A stretch of 64,000 nucleotides of DNA, from positions 48,236,001-48,300,000 of the forward strand of contig CM060732.1 of assembly GCA_030704615.1 (NCBI GenBank), in the 5' to 3' direction. The notes beneath the pieces are model-generated. The model saw only the letters and a program-made list of their open reading frames with translations. It did no database searches and was not told the origin of the DNA. The DNA is from Takakia lepidozioides (Eukaryota > Plantae > Bryophyta). Below are positions 1 through 13,689 of this stretch, piece after piece. The stretch's first letter is position 1, and each line of letters starts with the position of its first letter. The translations under genes and the position numbers were made by a program.

Positions 1-40
1 TATTCTTTAAAACCATTAAATTATATATTAATGGAAATAA

Positions 41-212
41 CTATCCATACCCGAAAACTATTCATACCCTTAGGGTATATTTTGGCATATATATCCATAC
101 CCGGGGGGTATATAGAAATATGAAAAGTTAATTTATCCATACCCGGAGGGTAAATGATTTGACAAAAATAATTTAATTATACCCTAAGGGTATATTGAAA
201 TCAATATACCCG
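41..212. repeat. Cluster of short palindromic ATACCC-nn-GGGTAT / TATCCATACCCG motifs
   Basis: Five to six related copies (41, 62, 91, 134, 178, 204) in AT-rich sequence at the window edge; possibly a transposon subterminal region. Confidence 0.5.
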
Positions 213-379
213 CACAACACTGGTTGACACGTACCTGGATAGTTGTATAATTTGCCGTCTGAGCCGATTCAGATGTCGAATGGCAGCACATCCTGGGTGG
301 CTGATTCGGCCTAAGAATAAGTATAGAAAAACGGCAGAATACTCCACACCTGATTTTAACGGTTTAAAGTAAAAGATAC

Positions 380-1727
380 ATGCGCAATCAAGATACACTT
401 ATTAGTGGATTTCAGCTGCTAGGGGCTCACCTTGACTGTGCAATTGACGAAGACAATTACAGATTGGAGATTCAAAAGACCCGCGAATACATGAACGTTT
501 CCAATGTGGTTGACACCTCTTCTACATCTACAGACCCCCGTGAGGACTCATCGTATGATACAACTCGAAACGCCAAGAAAGCTGGCAGCAACCTGGCAGT
601 GGAAGCTCTGCAAATTTTGCCTCCATCCATCATGGGAACGTCCAACCTCAACTCACAGACAGGCAGCCAACCTTCTTCTCCACCTAAAGTCACAACACCT
701 TCTTCCCCTCTCTCTTCTGCCCAGGTGCCTTTTTCACCCACCCCTTGCTTCATCTACCAGAGTATGTCAAAGAATACTAATAGGTGCTGGATGTTGTGTG
801 GCAAAAAAAATCCAATAGGAGGGAAATAGAAAAGACACTTACTCCCTGTCATAGACTTACTATAAAATGTCCCCTCTGGAACCCTCTCATCGCCTCCACC
901 TGGTTTTGTCTGGGTCAACTCACTTTGCCCAAGGGATCGCAGAGTTAAATTTGCCTTCCTAAACAATAGGCCATCAAATGGGACTCTGAGCCTAAGCCTA
1001 CCCCTTCTTCTCAATGATCCTTAACCTCCAATCTTGGAACATTAGAGGGCTTGGATCGGACCAGGCTTCTCTCAAAATATTGAAGATCAAAACATGGCTA
1101 GCCCCCTTTCTTTTCCAGTGACTCAATAATCTTTTTGCAGGAACACAAACTCGATCAGGATAAAATAGATAATCTTACAGACTATTTATGGCCCCTAGCA
1201 AGTGCAAACTGGAAACCCACTTCCTCGACACAAAAGGAGGGACATCAATTCTGCTTTCCCCTCCATTCATCCCTTTCTTTTATCTCAAGATATTTGGATC
1301 CCAGGTAGGCTACAGTTATGCTCGATAGCACTTCCCAACTCAGGTGGCTCCATCGGGCTAGTGAATGTATACACACCCAACACCTCTTTGGAGAGATCCA
1401 AGTTTTGGAATACCCTTAACCTTCGAATGAGAGAACAGCCTGCAATAGATAGTTGGTTAGTGGCAGGTGACTTCAATATGGTAGAATCTCAGGATGATAG
1501 AAGAGGGGGGGAATTGTTCAACCCCAACCCAGACGAAATGGATCAATGGTTCAACTGTATGTAAACTCATAGCTTTTCAGAGGCTGTTCCCATCTTTGGG
1601 CAGACTTCAAATATCAGATTCACATGGTCAAACAACATATCACTAACTTAGTATGGCTCGGCTGGACATAGTTTACATCTCCCTCAACCTGGTTCAGCTT
1701 TCCAAAAGATCTCCACAGGAACCCATC
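380..1727 (+). mobile_element. L1-type LINE, 5' part (ORF1 tail and degenerate AP endonuclease)
   Basis: APE motifs SWNIRGLG (~1032), IFLQEHKL (~1130), VNVYTPN and WLVAGDFN (ORF 1202-1564); broken at 1727 by an LTR element; frameshifts and stops. Confidence 0.85.
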
Positions 1728-2718
1728 TGTTAGAGGGCTGCTTGGGACTTAGACGCTTTTACGGGATCTGTGGGGTACCCTTAATTTTTACACAGACTGA
1801 GACCAACAGGAGCCTTAGGGGGTGACAGCAACAGGCTTTAGGGGGGAAGATACACAACCCGACACAGTCCTGCACAGCCATCACAGCTTCGCACAGTCAA
1901 CACAGCCCGTCACAGTCCAACACAGCCCGTCACAGTCCAACACAGCTCGTCATAGTCCAACATAGCCCGTCATAGCCAATCACAGCCCGACACAGCCGCC
2001 ACAGCTTCGCACAGCCCTACACAGCCCGACACAGCCAGTCATAGCCCGCCACAACGTGATACAGCCAGTCACAACTCGGCACAGTTGGGGAACACTTACC
2101 ATTGGCAAGGAACGACTGTGGGGGAACGACATCTGAAAAAGGAACGTGTACTACAAAGATAACGGTTAGTTAGGAAAGCGGTTAGAACGGCTTGTAAATA
2201 GATAAAGCGAGAAGCGGGACATCTGGGGGGATCACTTCTTGGGGGGAACTTCTGGCATCAGGGCCTGAAAATAGAAGGGAGAGCACATCTCTGAGTGGAA
2301 AGATGAAGAGCATGGAGTAGGAGAAGTGACGATCGGTTGTTACTTGATGAATGCAAGCTGTAGAATTGTAATATAGAGTAGATTAGAGACACCATGGCTT
2401 CAGCCTGATACTTGATAGATATTAATCTGATACATACTTCATACTCACACTGTGTAGAGAGACCTGAGTGAAGCTGTGGAATGAATGGATGGAATTGATA
2501 GATTTCTGAAGCAAACTGATACTCAATTGCAGATAGTAAGGTAACTCGCTAACATGAATGCGGGAAGGAGTACAAATAGGAAAACCCCCATGATACACTA
2601 GCTGTAGGTCATGACTGATTGTTCTGAGCGGGCTGAGTGCTTAGAGATTTCCAACTCTTCTATCTTGGAGTTCCCACCTCGGATAGCGAAGGGATGGGTG
2701 AGTAAAAGCCGCTCGACA
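1728..2718 (+). repeat. 5' LTR
   Basis: TGTTAGAGG...TCGACA; near-identical to 10508-11501; contains a CACAGCC minisatellite (~1850-2085). Confidence 0.95.
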
Positions 2719-2720
2719 TT

Positions 2721-2738
2721 TGGCGACCATACTGGGGA
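2721..2738 (+). promoter_or_regulatory. Primer binding site (tRNA-Arg-like)
   Basis: TGGCGACCATACTGGGGA 2 nt after the LTR; resembles the tRNA-Arg PBS of plant non-chromoviruses. Confidence 0.75.
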
Positions 2739-3069
2739 ACTGGGTCATGAACAACCAGATGTGACAGGCATCTGGTGGGATCATGGTGGATGGAGAATTA
2801 AAGAATTTGATGTGAATCAAATTCCCTGTGAAACTGAGAAGGAAAGATTGTCCAAACGATTCTTTCAGAGGTTCTTGGAATTGCCAGACGGTTGTAAAGA
2901 AAACATTCTTAAAAGAGTGCATGATGCTGACCCTGAATGGGGTCTAGAGAAAGGAGTGATAAAGATTTATCAGGTGGCCTGTAGAGGAAGAGCACATTGG
3001 TTACCAACACTGGTTTATGTGATAGCATTGTTATCCATTAAGCGAGTAGAGTTTGAAGGCTAGGAGGAA

Positions 3070-5950
3070 ATGAAGGTGAATGTTTATCCAGCCACTGTGA
3101 GTTTACAGGATGAAGTGGTGACTGGTTGGACAATCACAGCTGATGAGCAAGTGAGGGAAGTGAATGTGGGAACTGAAGAGGAACCGAGGATGGTAAAGGT
3201 AGGAGCTGATTTGGAGCCAGAATTCTTTGAAGAAGCTAAGAGTTTGTTTATCAAATACAGAGATGTATTTGCTTGGAGCTATGAGGATCTAAAAGGGATA
3301 CCACCTGAAATCTGTCAGCATAAGATTGAACTGGAACCAGGGTCAGTACCAATCAAGCAGGCAAGGTACAGAATGAATCCCAACTATGCACAGAAGGTTG
3401 GAGAAGAGATCAAGAAGTTGGCTGAAGCTAAGTTTATATACCCGATAGAGTATACAACTTGGTTGTCACCCATTGTGATAGTTCCCAAGAAAAATGATAA
3501 ACTGAGAGTTTGTGTGAACTATAAGAAGTTGAATGCTTGCACGAAGAAAAATCTTTTTCCCTTACCATTCACAGAAGTGGTATTGGACATTGTGGCAGGC
3601 CATGAGATGTACTCATTCATGGATGGCTTCAGTGGTTATAATCAAGTGTAAGTGGCAAAAGAAGACCAAGGAAAGACAGCTTTCATCACAGACTGGGGTG
3701 CTTATGCATACAAAGTCATGCCCTTTGGACTTTGCAATGCACTAGCAACCTTTCAGAGAGTGATAAGTGAATCTTTTCATGAGTATCTGGATGATTTCAT
3801 GTAGGTGTTCTTGGATGATTTCAGTGTGTATAGCTCTAAGAATGAGCACTTGCATAAATTGGAGTTATGTCTGGCCAGATGCAGGATGAGAGGTCTGGGC
3901 CTGAATCCATAGAAGTGTACTTTCTGTGTGAACTCAGGGGTGCTTCTGGGACACATTGTGTGTAAGAGGGGACTTCTTGTGGATCCCAGGAAAACAGAGG
4001 CCATTAAAGCCTCTCCACCACCAGTAAATGTTAAGAGTCTAAGGAGATTCCTTGGGCAAACCAGTTATTACAGAAGATTTGTCAAAAGGTATGCACAGAT
4101 AGCAGCACCATTGAGCAAGCTTCTGAAGAAAGATGCAGTGTTTGCATGGACAGCTGAATGTCAACAGGCTTTTGAGGAACTTACATTGTCAGTAACAACT
4201 ACACCTGTGCTGATTAACCCTCACTAGCATGTAGTATTTCATGTTCACTGTGATGCCTCAGGAGAAGCATTGGGAGCAGTGTTAGCCCAGAATGTTACAG
4301 GGAATATAGATTCACCTGTGTACTATGCTAGCAGGTTGATGAACAGTGCTGAAAGGAACTATAGCACAACTAAAAGAGAAGCACTGGCAATGATTTATGC
4401 AGTCAAGAAATTCAGGCATTACCTATTGGGAAGAAAGTTTATGTTTTATGTGGATCACCAGGCTCTGATATATCTGGTGAACAAACCTTTGATAAGTGGA
4501 AGGATAGCAAGGTGGTTAATAATCTTGCACGAGTTTGAGTTCGAGGTTGTTTACAAGCCTGGCCGTTTGCAGCTTGTGGCAGATCATTTGTCACGACTAA
4601 CAACAGGAGAAGCCGCCACAGGAGTAGACGATCAGTTACCTGATGCGAGTTTATTTGTAATGGGGGTGCAATGAAGTACAGATGAATGGTTAGATTGGCA
4701 GTGGCCAATCAAATACTACCTTACTCATGGTCAGTGCCCACCTAGTTATGGTAAGGAGCAGAGGAAGAGAATCGCTATCAAAGCTTTACCTTATACTATG
4801 GTAGGAAGCAGAATGTATAAGCTAGGACCTGATGGAGTACTTAAACGATGCTTGTACCACCATGAAGTAAATAAAGTTTTGGAGGAAGTTCATAAAGGAG
4901 TGGCTGGAGGTCATTTTGGAGAAGAGACTACCAGTAGGAAGATACTACTTGCAGGTTACTGGTGGCCTACCTTGTTCAAAAATGTACACAAGTATTGTCA
5001 GAGTTGTGATGAATGTCAGAGGCTAGGACCTTTGCAGAGATTTGGGAAGATGGCTTTGCATCCTACAATGCCTACTGAACCATTTCAGAAATAGGGACTA
5101 GACTTTGTTGGACCAATTAACCCACCAGCCAAGAATACACAGAACATGTACATAATTAGAGCCACTGATTATACTACAAAGTGGGTGGAAGCTAAAGCTT
5201 TGAGGGACAACACAGCCAAGTCCACAGCAAGGTTCCTGTACGAGAACATACTTACACGATTTGGCTGTCCCTTGGAATTTATCAGTGATCAGGGAAGTCA
5301 CTTCATTAATGAGACCATTGAACTATTGACTAAAGAGTTCATGATTGTGCATAAGAAGAGTACAACGTATTACCCACAGGGTAATGGGCAGGCAGAGGCT
5401 TTCAACAAAATTTATGTACTATCTTGGCTAAGATAGTCAATGCAAACAGAACGGATTGGGATACAAAGCTGCTGACAGCTTTGTGGTCATACAGGACTTC
5501 ATATAAAGTCACCACTAAGTATACACCATTCCAATTAGTTTATGGTATGGAAGCTTTATTTCCAGTGGAATTCCTGTTACCTACCATGAGAACGGAATGG
5601 GGAAAGAGAATGGAATTGCAAGATTCAATTAAGGTCAGGAAACATGAATTATACCATGTGGAAGAAGTACGTGCTAATGCAGCTGATAACATGACCAGAA
5701 TTCAGATGAAGAGAAAGGAACAGTTTGACGAAGGCAAGTTAAAGAATTTTAAGACGGGAGATTTGGTTCTCTGGTTGCAGAAGAAGGAAAAGATTAAAGC
5801 TTCTAAGCTTAAATCACCATGGACAGGACCTTATGTCATACAGAAGATGTATGATAACAACACCGCCATGTTACAAACCATTAACAAAGAGATGTTGGGA
5901 AGAGTCAATGTCAATAAGTTGAAGGGGTACAGTGGTATCTATGACAAACC
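3070..5950 (+). pseudogene. Gypsy pol (RT, RNase H, integrase) with stops and a frameshift
   Basis: WLSPIVIVPKK, FMDGFSGYNQ, VFLDDF; HCDAS...ERNYSTT...VADHLSR; HHCC (H..GGHFG...CDECQR); GLDFVGP / SDQGSHF / NGQAE; WTGPY. Confidence 0.95.
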
Positions 5951-6074
5951 ATTGCAGCATGATTTGCATGTTAAAACGCAGAAGCAGTCGCGGGCTGCGC
6001 CAGTGATACCAACGGAGTATGGAGCACTTGTCGCTAGGCCGAGCGTATATGACCAGGGCGGGCAGTACAAGTGT

Positions 6075-6195
6075 GGCACAGCCTATCACAGCCCATCACG
6101 GTTTCACACAACCTATCACAACCTACCACAACGTGTCACAGCCTATCACAGCGTACCACAGTATGACACAGCCTGTCACAGCTCAACACAGCTTA
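6075..6195 (+). repeat. Internal CACAGCC-type minisatellite related to the LTR repeat
   Basis: Repeated TCACAGCC/TCACAACC units just after the integrase. Confidence 0.7.
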
Positions 6196-6926
6196 CTGGG
6201 GTTACACAATCCATAGGATCAGTGACAGATGGACGTGGGTTAACAACCGGAGAGTGACCGGTGGAAAAGTGGACGGAGGCACGTTTAAAAATAGACACGT
6301 GGACGCCAAGGCGAGACACACAGCCAGACATGGATTGCAAAGGCGAGTGTCATCAAGGAAGAAGACAAAATTGGCCGTCAAAGTATCTACCCGGCACATT
6401 AACTTATTATGGGCCCATTAATGAATACGGGGAAAGGGTAACGGAACCCTTTAAAAGTACCGAAAAGCGAAATCCATGTCACATGTGCTATCCTAGTGGA
6501 CAGTCTAGAGTGGAAAATCCATGGAAGGAAATTAAATTACAAAACAAATCACACAGCCAACAGCCAATCACCAGCCAGAATTATCTGCAGAGGGTAATTT
6601 CCAAGAAACGAAATCAAGAAAATGGAGGGATTTTAAGCGTAAGAGTCGGCGTCGTTCCAAGTAACGGACGTCTCGACGGGACAGACCATCAATGCTATAG
6701 CTTTGAAGCTATGGAGGAACTAACAGACTATACGCTCGCGATACTACTTACGCAGTAGTACGGGGATAGAAGAACAGAGAGTATCTTTTCTCTTAATCGA
6801 TGCTTGCAAGCCCTGCAGGCTTACAAGAAATTACCCATAGCATTTTGTGGCAACCATACGTTTATGCTTTGTGCCCGGCAGGCATTTCTTCAATTGTTAC
6901 AGCCAAAACCTTTCTGAGGGTCTAGA

Positions 6927-9900
6927 ATGAAGAGAGTGAGAGGAATGGAAGAAATCAGGGTGAAGAGCACCACAATCCTGCAGAAACAAACGATTGCTAC
7001 TCCACAGGCGGTACAGTTACTTAAGGAGCTGCGATTAGAAGGATTGCAAAGCAAAGATTGGACATTGCACCATAGGCAGTACATGTTACAATTCTTGCAG
7101 AACTTTGAGCCTAGGACAGGAGCAACAACGGTGAAGGGAGTTGAATTAGAAGTTACTCCCCTATACCTACAGCAATTGTTTGAATTGCCATCAGGTCAGG
7201 TACATGTGGAGGAGCACAGGGCAAGACTGCAAATAGGGGACTTATTCCAAGAAGGGAGTTTCTTTAAAACTCAGGGTTATGCTTGTACCAAGGCCGTGTA
7301 CCCAGGGCTAAGGGAGGTAGGCCAGGTATTGAACGTTCTGTTTGCCATGAAACAGAACCAACAGTATTTGAGCAGATCCTTCACAGAGGAAATACTCAAA
7401 GCCCTGAGAGGAGAAGAGGTAGCATGGGCGGACATAATGTACAACGGACTGGTAGAGGAGATGAAGAGATTACAAGGCACTGCCGCAAAGTCTCCTATCA
7501 TAGTGTCTGGGCCAATCATTGCACAAATTATTCTAGACTCGTGCATACTTGATGCGAGAGAAAGGAAGGAGATGGGAGTGTTTGAGACAACAACCACTGC
7601 CATAGAAGAGCAAGGTTCTTCACAGGGTGAATGGGGATTGGCAGAGCATCAACAGCCTAAGAGGCAGAGGAAAGCAATCACATTAGAAGCAGAACCATTG
7701 GCTACGAGACAGCAAGAGGAAGAAGTTACTCATACTCTTGTGCAAGAGGGGGCACAGCAGCACAGAGAGATGTGGGTACAAACAACGCAACCTGTGGAGA
7801 GAGAACATGAGGTTACTTCAGTATCACAGCCAGATGATCGGCTTATCACAGAGTTACCACAAGTTGTCCATGCAGTTCCACCACAAATAATTGATTTGGA
7901 GAAAGAAGGGTTAGATATTCCCACTACAGAACAGGTGGTGGCAGAAATTGAGAAGGGGGACCTTCTCTATGAAAATTCTGGTTTGGTCAGGGAAACAATG
8001 ATTCCGGAGGTGCAGCGGTTGTCTAGGGGAAATCCTGCTGTTGTTGTAATACCCACACCTCTGACGGAGGTACCACAGGTAGAATGTCAAGACACTGCAG
8101 CACCTGTAGCGGATGAGGTGGTTCAGGAAGAAAATCTGGTGGGGCAATGGCCTGAATGGTTCGTGAGGCATCACACTGTTGAGTATCAGGGAGAACAGCA
8201 ACAAGCTCACCATGATGACCCTCAACAGACCATGCTTATGAGTTCCATAAGCATGACACTTAATTTGTTGGGCACTTATGTCAAATCCCATGTTCCAACT
8301 ACCCAATTGGCAGCTTTGAGGGAGGAACTCAGGAAGGAGTTTGAGACTCGACTTGCCACTGAGACAAGGTCGATGAGGAGGTCACTCTCAAGTTACAGCA
8401 AGAGTTAGAGGATACAACAGCTGCTTTGCAGTTGGCCAAAGAACATTTGATTGAAGCAGGCCTCGCGCAGGACCAGTTGCACGAAGCACATAAGCAACAA
8501 CTATACCAAATGCAGGTAAAACATGAGAGCAAGTTGCAAGAAGTGAATGCACTACATACGGAGTTGCAGACAGTACATGAGAGGATGGCCATACAATGTG
8601 CTACACTCACAACTATGCTTGAGCAAACTACATTAGAAGTTAACAACCAAGCGGAAAGATGTATGAAGGCACAGGCTGATAATCTCGAGCAGACGAAACT
8701 CATTATTGATATGAAGAATACAATCTGTCGCAACGAGAACACTCACAATCAATACAGACAGGTTGAAGGTGACCAAGAGAGGTACATCCTGGAGTTGCAA
8801 CAAACGCTCATGGTAAATAGAAATGAACTCTCTGTCGCTAACAAGGCTTGGAAGGAAGCCAATAATCTGGCTGCTGCATATGCGAGTTTGGTTGAACCTC
8901 ATGCAAAGCGCATGGAGGCTTTATAGCAGCAAATAGATGTGTACAGGCTCACAGAGGAGTAGACTCTCAGGGGTGCCACAAGCAACTTGGTGGATAACCA
9001 CCTTATGCAGGTCTGGTTAGCACAAGGGCCGGTGGAAGGCAAAGCACCACAAAAGCTCACCCAAAGCGAGATGAATGAGCTCAGACTGCAAGTGCAGAAC
9101 ATTGCCACAATTACTATAGACAATGTCTATAGTAGGATAGCGGAGCTACAAGAGGATGTAGACGGCCTGCAGACTCAGGTGGAGGACCTGACATCAAATC
9201 TTGACAAGAGAGTCTTTGTACCTGAGGAGCAGCTGATGGCTTCTTATTTACAAGCCAGAACTTTGGCTTTTCAGTCTTCTTCGCAGGGGGTGCAGGAGAT
9301 GCCAGTGGTACAAGAGCCAGTGCCACCAAGACCACAACAAGTCACTGTGACAGTAGCTGACCTTGTTGTTACTACAGCCACACCACAGCCACCACAGCCT
9401 GAGGTATGGGGGCATGCTGCTTTTAACCTACCTAAAACTCCTGCTGCACGGGAGTACAGTCGGGCTATGATTATGCCCTTCAACCAAATTCCCATTGTGT
9501 TGGATTTGGCTTGGAAGGAATTTAGTCCTCCATAGTCGTTGGCACATTACTACCAGATCATGCACATTTGGCTGCCAGTGGCAACTAGGACTAAGGTTCT
9601 TCCGAAAAATCGACCCATTGAGGATCATCACTTTGCGAGGTACTGGCATGAGGCAAGTACCATATTGAAGGAATTAATTGTCTTCCAAGTTGTACATGGG
9701 TACATTTATACCAAGACCAAGGAGGTAGCAAGTATTGTCATGGGCTGCGGGTTATACTATGCTGCTTGTTTTCTGGCACGTTATCACATTGAGCAGCAGA
9801 AGATGCAATCGCGCTTTCTGAATTATTCCAGTGGTGTTCATCGGGTTTTACCTTCAGTGCCACCTCATATGTACCTCTATGATGCAAAGGTGATGATGCA

Positions 9901-10468
9901 AAAGGACTCCCAACTTCATTCATGGTTTCATGCGGCCTGGAATAATTTGTCAACACAGAAATTCGGGCCTGACGATATTTTCTTTAAGGGCCATGAGGCA
10001 TGGAAAAACTTGCACAATTCACAAGTCATTGGTACACCACTCACCTGGACAGACAAGGAGTTCAGGGTCTTCACCAATTTTGCAATTCAGCGCTTACAAC
10101 AAGTTTTACAGTTTAAACTTCCAGACATGGTGGGACCACATTGTATGCCCCAGAGGATTCCACAAAAAGTTCGGCTGTTAAAACACCTGAGAGACGATGA
10201 GGATTCTGATACTACTGATTCTTCAGCGAACTCTTTTGACATGGCAGAGGACTATGCAATTCAGATGGCAGAGAAGAAGCGACGGGGGTCTCCTATGCCT
10301 GGGAGATTACCTCGATATCAGCCAAAGGAGGGACTAACTTTTCCAGGTAGTGCTCAATCATCTCCGTCAACTAGTGACAGACCTCGGGCTCGCACACAGA
10401 GTCCTTCACGAGACTCTCACCGTCAGAAGGGGGTTCATTCACAACGGTTTGCTAATCCCAAACAGTAA
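6927..10468 (+). pseudogene. Extra 3' ORF (env-like position), ~1150 codons, interrupted
   Basis: Consecutive ORFs 6927-8408, 8426-8926, 8987-9535 and 9539-10468 joined by one frameshift and point stops. N-terminal QFLQNF...VKGVELEVTP...LFELP...LRGEEVAWADI resembles the plant-transposon domain of Athila 3' ORFs; central coiled coil. Confidence 0.75.
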
Positions 10469-10489
10469 ACCGTGAGGACACGGCTTTTT

Positions 10490-10503
10490 GAGAGGGGGAG
10501 GGG
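10490..10503 (+). promoter_or_regulatory. Polypurine tract
   Basis: GAGAGGGGGAGGGG 4 nt upstream of the 3' LTR. Confidence 0.85.
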
Positions 10504-10507
10504 CAAA

Positions 10508-11501
10508 TGTTAGAGGGTTGCTTGGGACTTAGACGCTTTTACGGGATCTGTGGGGTACCCTTAATTTTTACACAGACTGAGACCAACAGGAGCCTTAGGG
10601 GGTGACAGCAACAGGCTTTAGGGGGGAAGATACACAACCCGACACAGTCCTGCACAGCCCTACACAGCCCGACACAGTCCGACACAGCCATCACAGCTTC
10701 GCACAGTCAACACAGCCCGTCACAGTCCAACACAGCCCGCCACAGCCAGTCACAGCCTGACACAGCCGCCACAGCTTCGCACAGCCCTACACAGCCCGAC
10801 ACAGCCCGACACAGCCAGTCACAGCCCGCCACAGCATGATACAGCCAGTCACAGCTCGGCACAGCTGGGGAACAGTTACCATTGGCAAGGAACGACTGTG
10901 GGGGAACGACATCTGAAAAAGGAACGTGTACTACAAAGATAACGGTTAGTTAGGAAAGCGGTTAGAACGGCTTGTAAATAGATAAAGCGAGAAACGGGGA
11001 CATCTGGGGGGATCACTTCTTGGGGGGGACTTCTGGCATCAGGGCCTGAAAATAGAAGGGAGAGCACATCTCTGAGTGGAAAGATGAAGAGCATGGAGTA
11101 GGAGAAGTGACGATCGGTTGTTACTTGATGAATGCAAGCTGTAGAATTGTAATATAGAGTAGATTAGAGACACCATGGCTTCAGCCTGATACTTGATAGA
11201 TATTAATCTGATACATACTTCATACTCACACTGTGTAGAGAGACCTGAGTGAAGCTGTGGAATGAATGGATGGAATTTGATAGATTTCTGAAGCAAACTG
11301 ATACTCAATTGCAGATAGTAAGGTAACTCGCTAACATGAATGCGGGAAGGAGTACAAATAGGAAACACCCCCATGATACACTAGCTGTAGGTCATGACTG
11401 ATTGTTCTGAGCGGGCTGAGTGCTTAGAGATTTCCAACTCTTCTATCTTGGAGTTCCCACCTTGGATAGCGAAGGGATGGGTGAGTAAAAGCCGTTCGAC
11501 A
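10508..11501 (+). repeat. 3' LTR
   Basis: Direct repeat of 1728-2718 followed by TSD CCATC. Confidence 0.95.
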
Positions 11502-11506
11502 CCATC

Positions 11507-13040
11507 CCACCGAGTTTTGATCATGCCCCAACAACTCTCTCTCTCTCACCACACCAGATGCTCAGAGGCGAGGTAGAGGCCTGTACAAAATAAATAACTT
11601 GTTGCTCAAACTGCCCTCCTTTAAGCAAGGCCTGCTCCAAGCATGGACTAAAGCTGGCAGTGCCCAACGTCTAAATCCATCAGAGCTTTTTATGGTCAAA
11701 CTCAAAACTGTAAACATAGAAAGCCAGAGAATGAGTAGGGAGCTAGCTGCAATAAGGAAAAGAAAAGTTAAGGCATCAACCAAATGCCTGAAAGTTTGCC
11801 AAGCCAAAATAGAATCCCCTCGTTGTGACCAATACGCCTATAGTACCTATACGGAAGCCAAAACAATTTGGATGTCCATTACAAAATCCAAGAAAGGAAA
11901 TGGAAGCTTCAGGCGGCTATCAACTGGTCTTCAAAAGGAGAAAAAATGACCAAGTATTTTTTCGACAAAACTAAACTGCGTAGGGCATCTCAAACCATCT
12001 CAAAGCTAATAGACCAGCCAACCAACTCTTTGGCATCAACACCCAAAGACATGGCTGGCTTAGCAGCAAGACATTTTCATGACCTTTTTCATAGTGATAT
12101 TTCATCACTGAACCCTTCCCCATATCAATCAGCATGTCTGTCCCACACACCTACTCTCCTCTCTAGCCACTGTGCCTTGCAGTTGGAAAGGAGAATTTAC
12201 GGATATAGAATTGGGAGAAGCCCTCTCAAAACTGAGCAACAATAAATCGCCTGGAATGGATGGACTCTCGGTGGAATTTTACAAGGCCTTATGGCCAGAC
12301 ATATCTGGTGACTTCACCTCCATGTGCCCAACTACCTTTTTCTCCAGGGACACATGCCTCCCTATATGCCTCAAGGGGTTATAATCTTGCCCTCCTAAAT
12401 GTAGCATACAAAATTATAGCAAAGGCTCTAGCTCTTAGATTGCAGCCCCTCCTCCCAGCCATTATTCGACCCAACCAAACTGACTTCATTAAAGGTAGGT
12501 ATATACTGGATAACCTTCTTTTGGCTCAGGAAATTCCAGCCTATGCTTCAAGAACTAATCAGGCCATAGCCCTTCTTTTACTGGACTTTGAAAAGGCATT
12601 TGACAGGGTAGAATGGTCCTACATGCTTGCAGCTCTGGAGAAACTAAGGTTTCCTCAATCTTTCTGCAAATGGGTTAAAATTCTGCTTACCACCTCATCC
12701 AGTAGGGTTATGGTTAATGGATACTTATCAACCTCCTTCCCTCTGCAACGGTTTGTCCGCCAGGGACGCCCACTCTCCCCCTTCATGTTCCTTGTAGTGG
12801 CAGATACCCTAGGATATATGCTGCAACAAAATCAATCCATCAAAGGCCTAACTTGGATTACAAACTACATAACTAGAAAATTCACCCACCTCACTGACTC
12901 AATGTTGGGACCGATACATTCTTGATGCTTCAAGCCATTCCGGAAAACTTAGACAATACCAGTAACACTCTTAAATCATTCTGCAAAGCCTCTGGCTTCA
13001 AAATCAACTGGAACAAGACATCTGGCTTGCTAGTTGGCAA
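11507..13040 (+). mobile_element. L1-type LINE, 3' part (end of endonuclease and RT), truncated
   Basis: Resumes with SFDHAP (APE SDH motif); GEKMTKYFF, NKSPGMDG..VEFYK, YKIIAKALA.RL, LLDFEKAFDRVEW, VRQG.PLSP, INWNKTS. Confidence 0.9.
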
Positions 13041-13689
13041 GCACGGGTGTTCGTGGTGTTGGTACTTTTGCAGGGCTGGGGTTTGTGACATCATTTGTGT
13101 TTATCTTCTTGGTGGCAGTGTTTGTGTCATCATGGATCAAAGCCCCAATGCTACTTGTTGGGGAGTGGTTTATTAAGCGGATATCACTGGTGAAACACAT
13201 ATACTTTGCCTCTAAGCAGATCAATGCTGTCATTTCCCCAGGTGATTATCTTGGACATCATCCAGACCTGCTCGCTGCCAGTGGTCACTACAACAGATCC
13301 CGGCTTTAACGTCTACCACATTTGCCCAGTCGTAGCATATATGTCTACAAAATGCAAGGGGCAGTCCTGGTTGCCAATTGTGACCACCAGAAGTCGTATA
13401 TGCCACCTTGTATCTCCGTCACGTCAGGATCTGTGGTCAAACACGTTTGACCAGATAGGGAAAGATGGTAGATACGACTAGGAGTCATGGCCAAAACTGC
13501 AATAGGATGACGTGGGCATGGGAATGTATGACTGCCAGTATTCACGACTGCACGTGGCGATTGTCGGTTGCCCAATGAGTGTCTACGTGGACGATGCAAA
13601 CATAAATGGATGAAACAGATGCACAATGTGATTGCAAATGACGACGTGTCAACATATCATTGCTCGCGGGCACTAAGCCACACCCTATG

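Larger units (their letters stand above)
1728..11501 (+). mobile_element. Ty3/Gypsy non-chromovirus LTR retrotransposon (Athila-like domain content), lacking gag and protease
   Basis: Two ~0.99-kb TG...CA LTRs, 5-bp TSD CCATC (1723-1727, 11502-11506), PBS, PPT, RT-RNaseH-INT order, single RNase H, no chromodomain. Confidence 0.95.

Noticed and set aside
2611-2718. Conserved small protein MTDCSERAECLEIS... (also at 11394 and 32489)
   Set aside because: It is the translation of the repeated LTR U5 region.
6927-8408. True retroviral envelope gene
   Set aside because: No signal peptide, fusion peptide or clear transmembrane anchor is visible.
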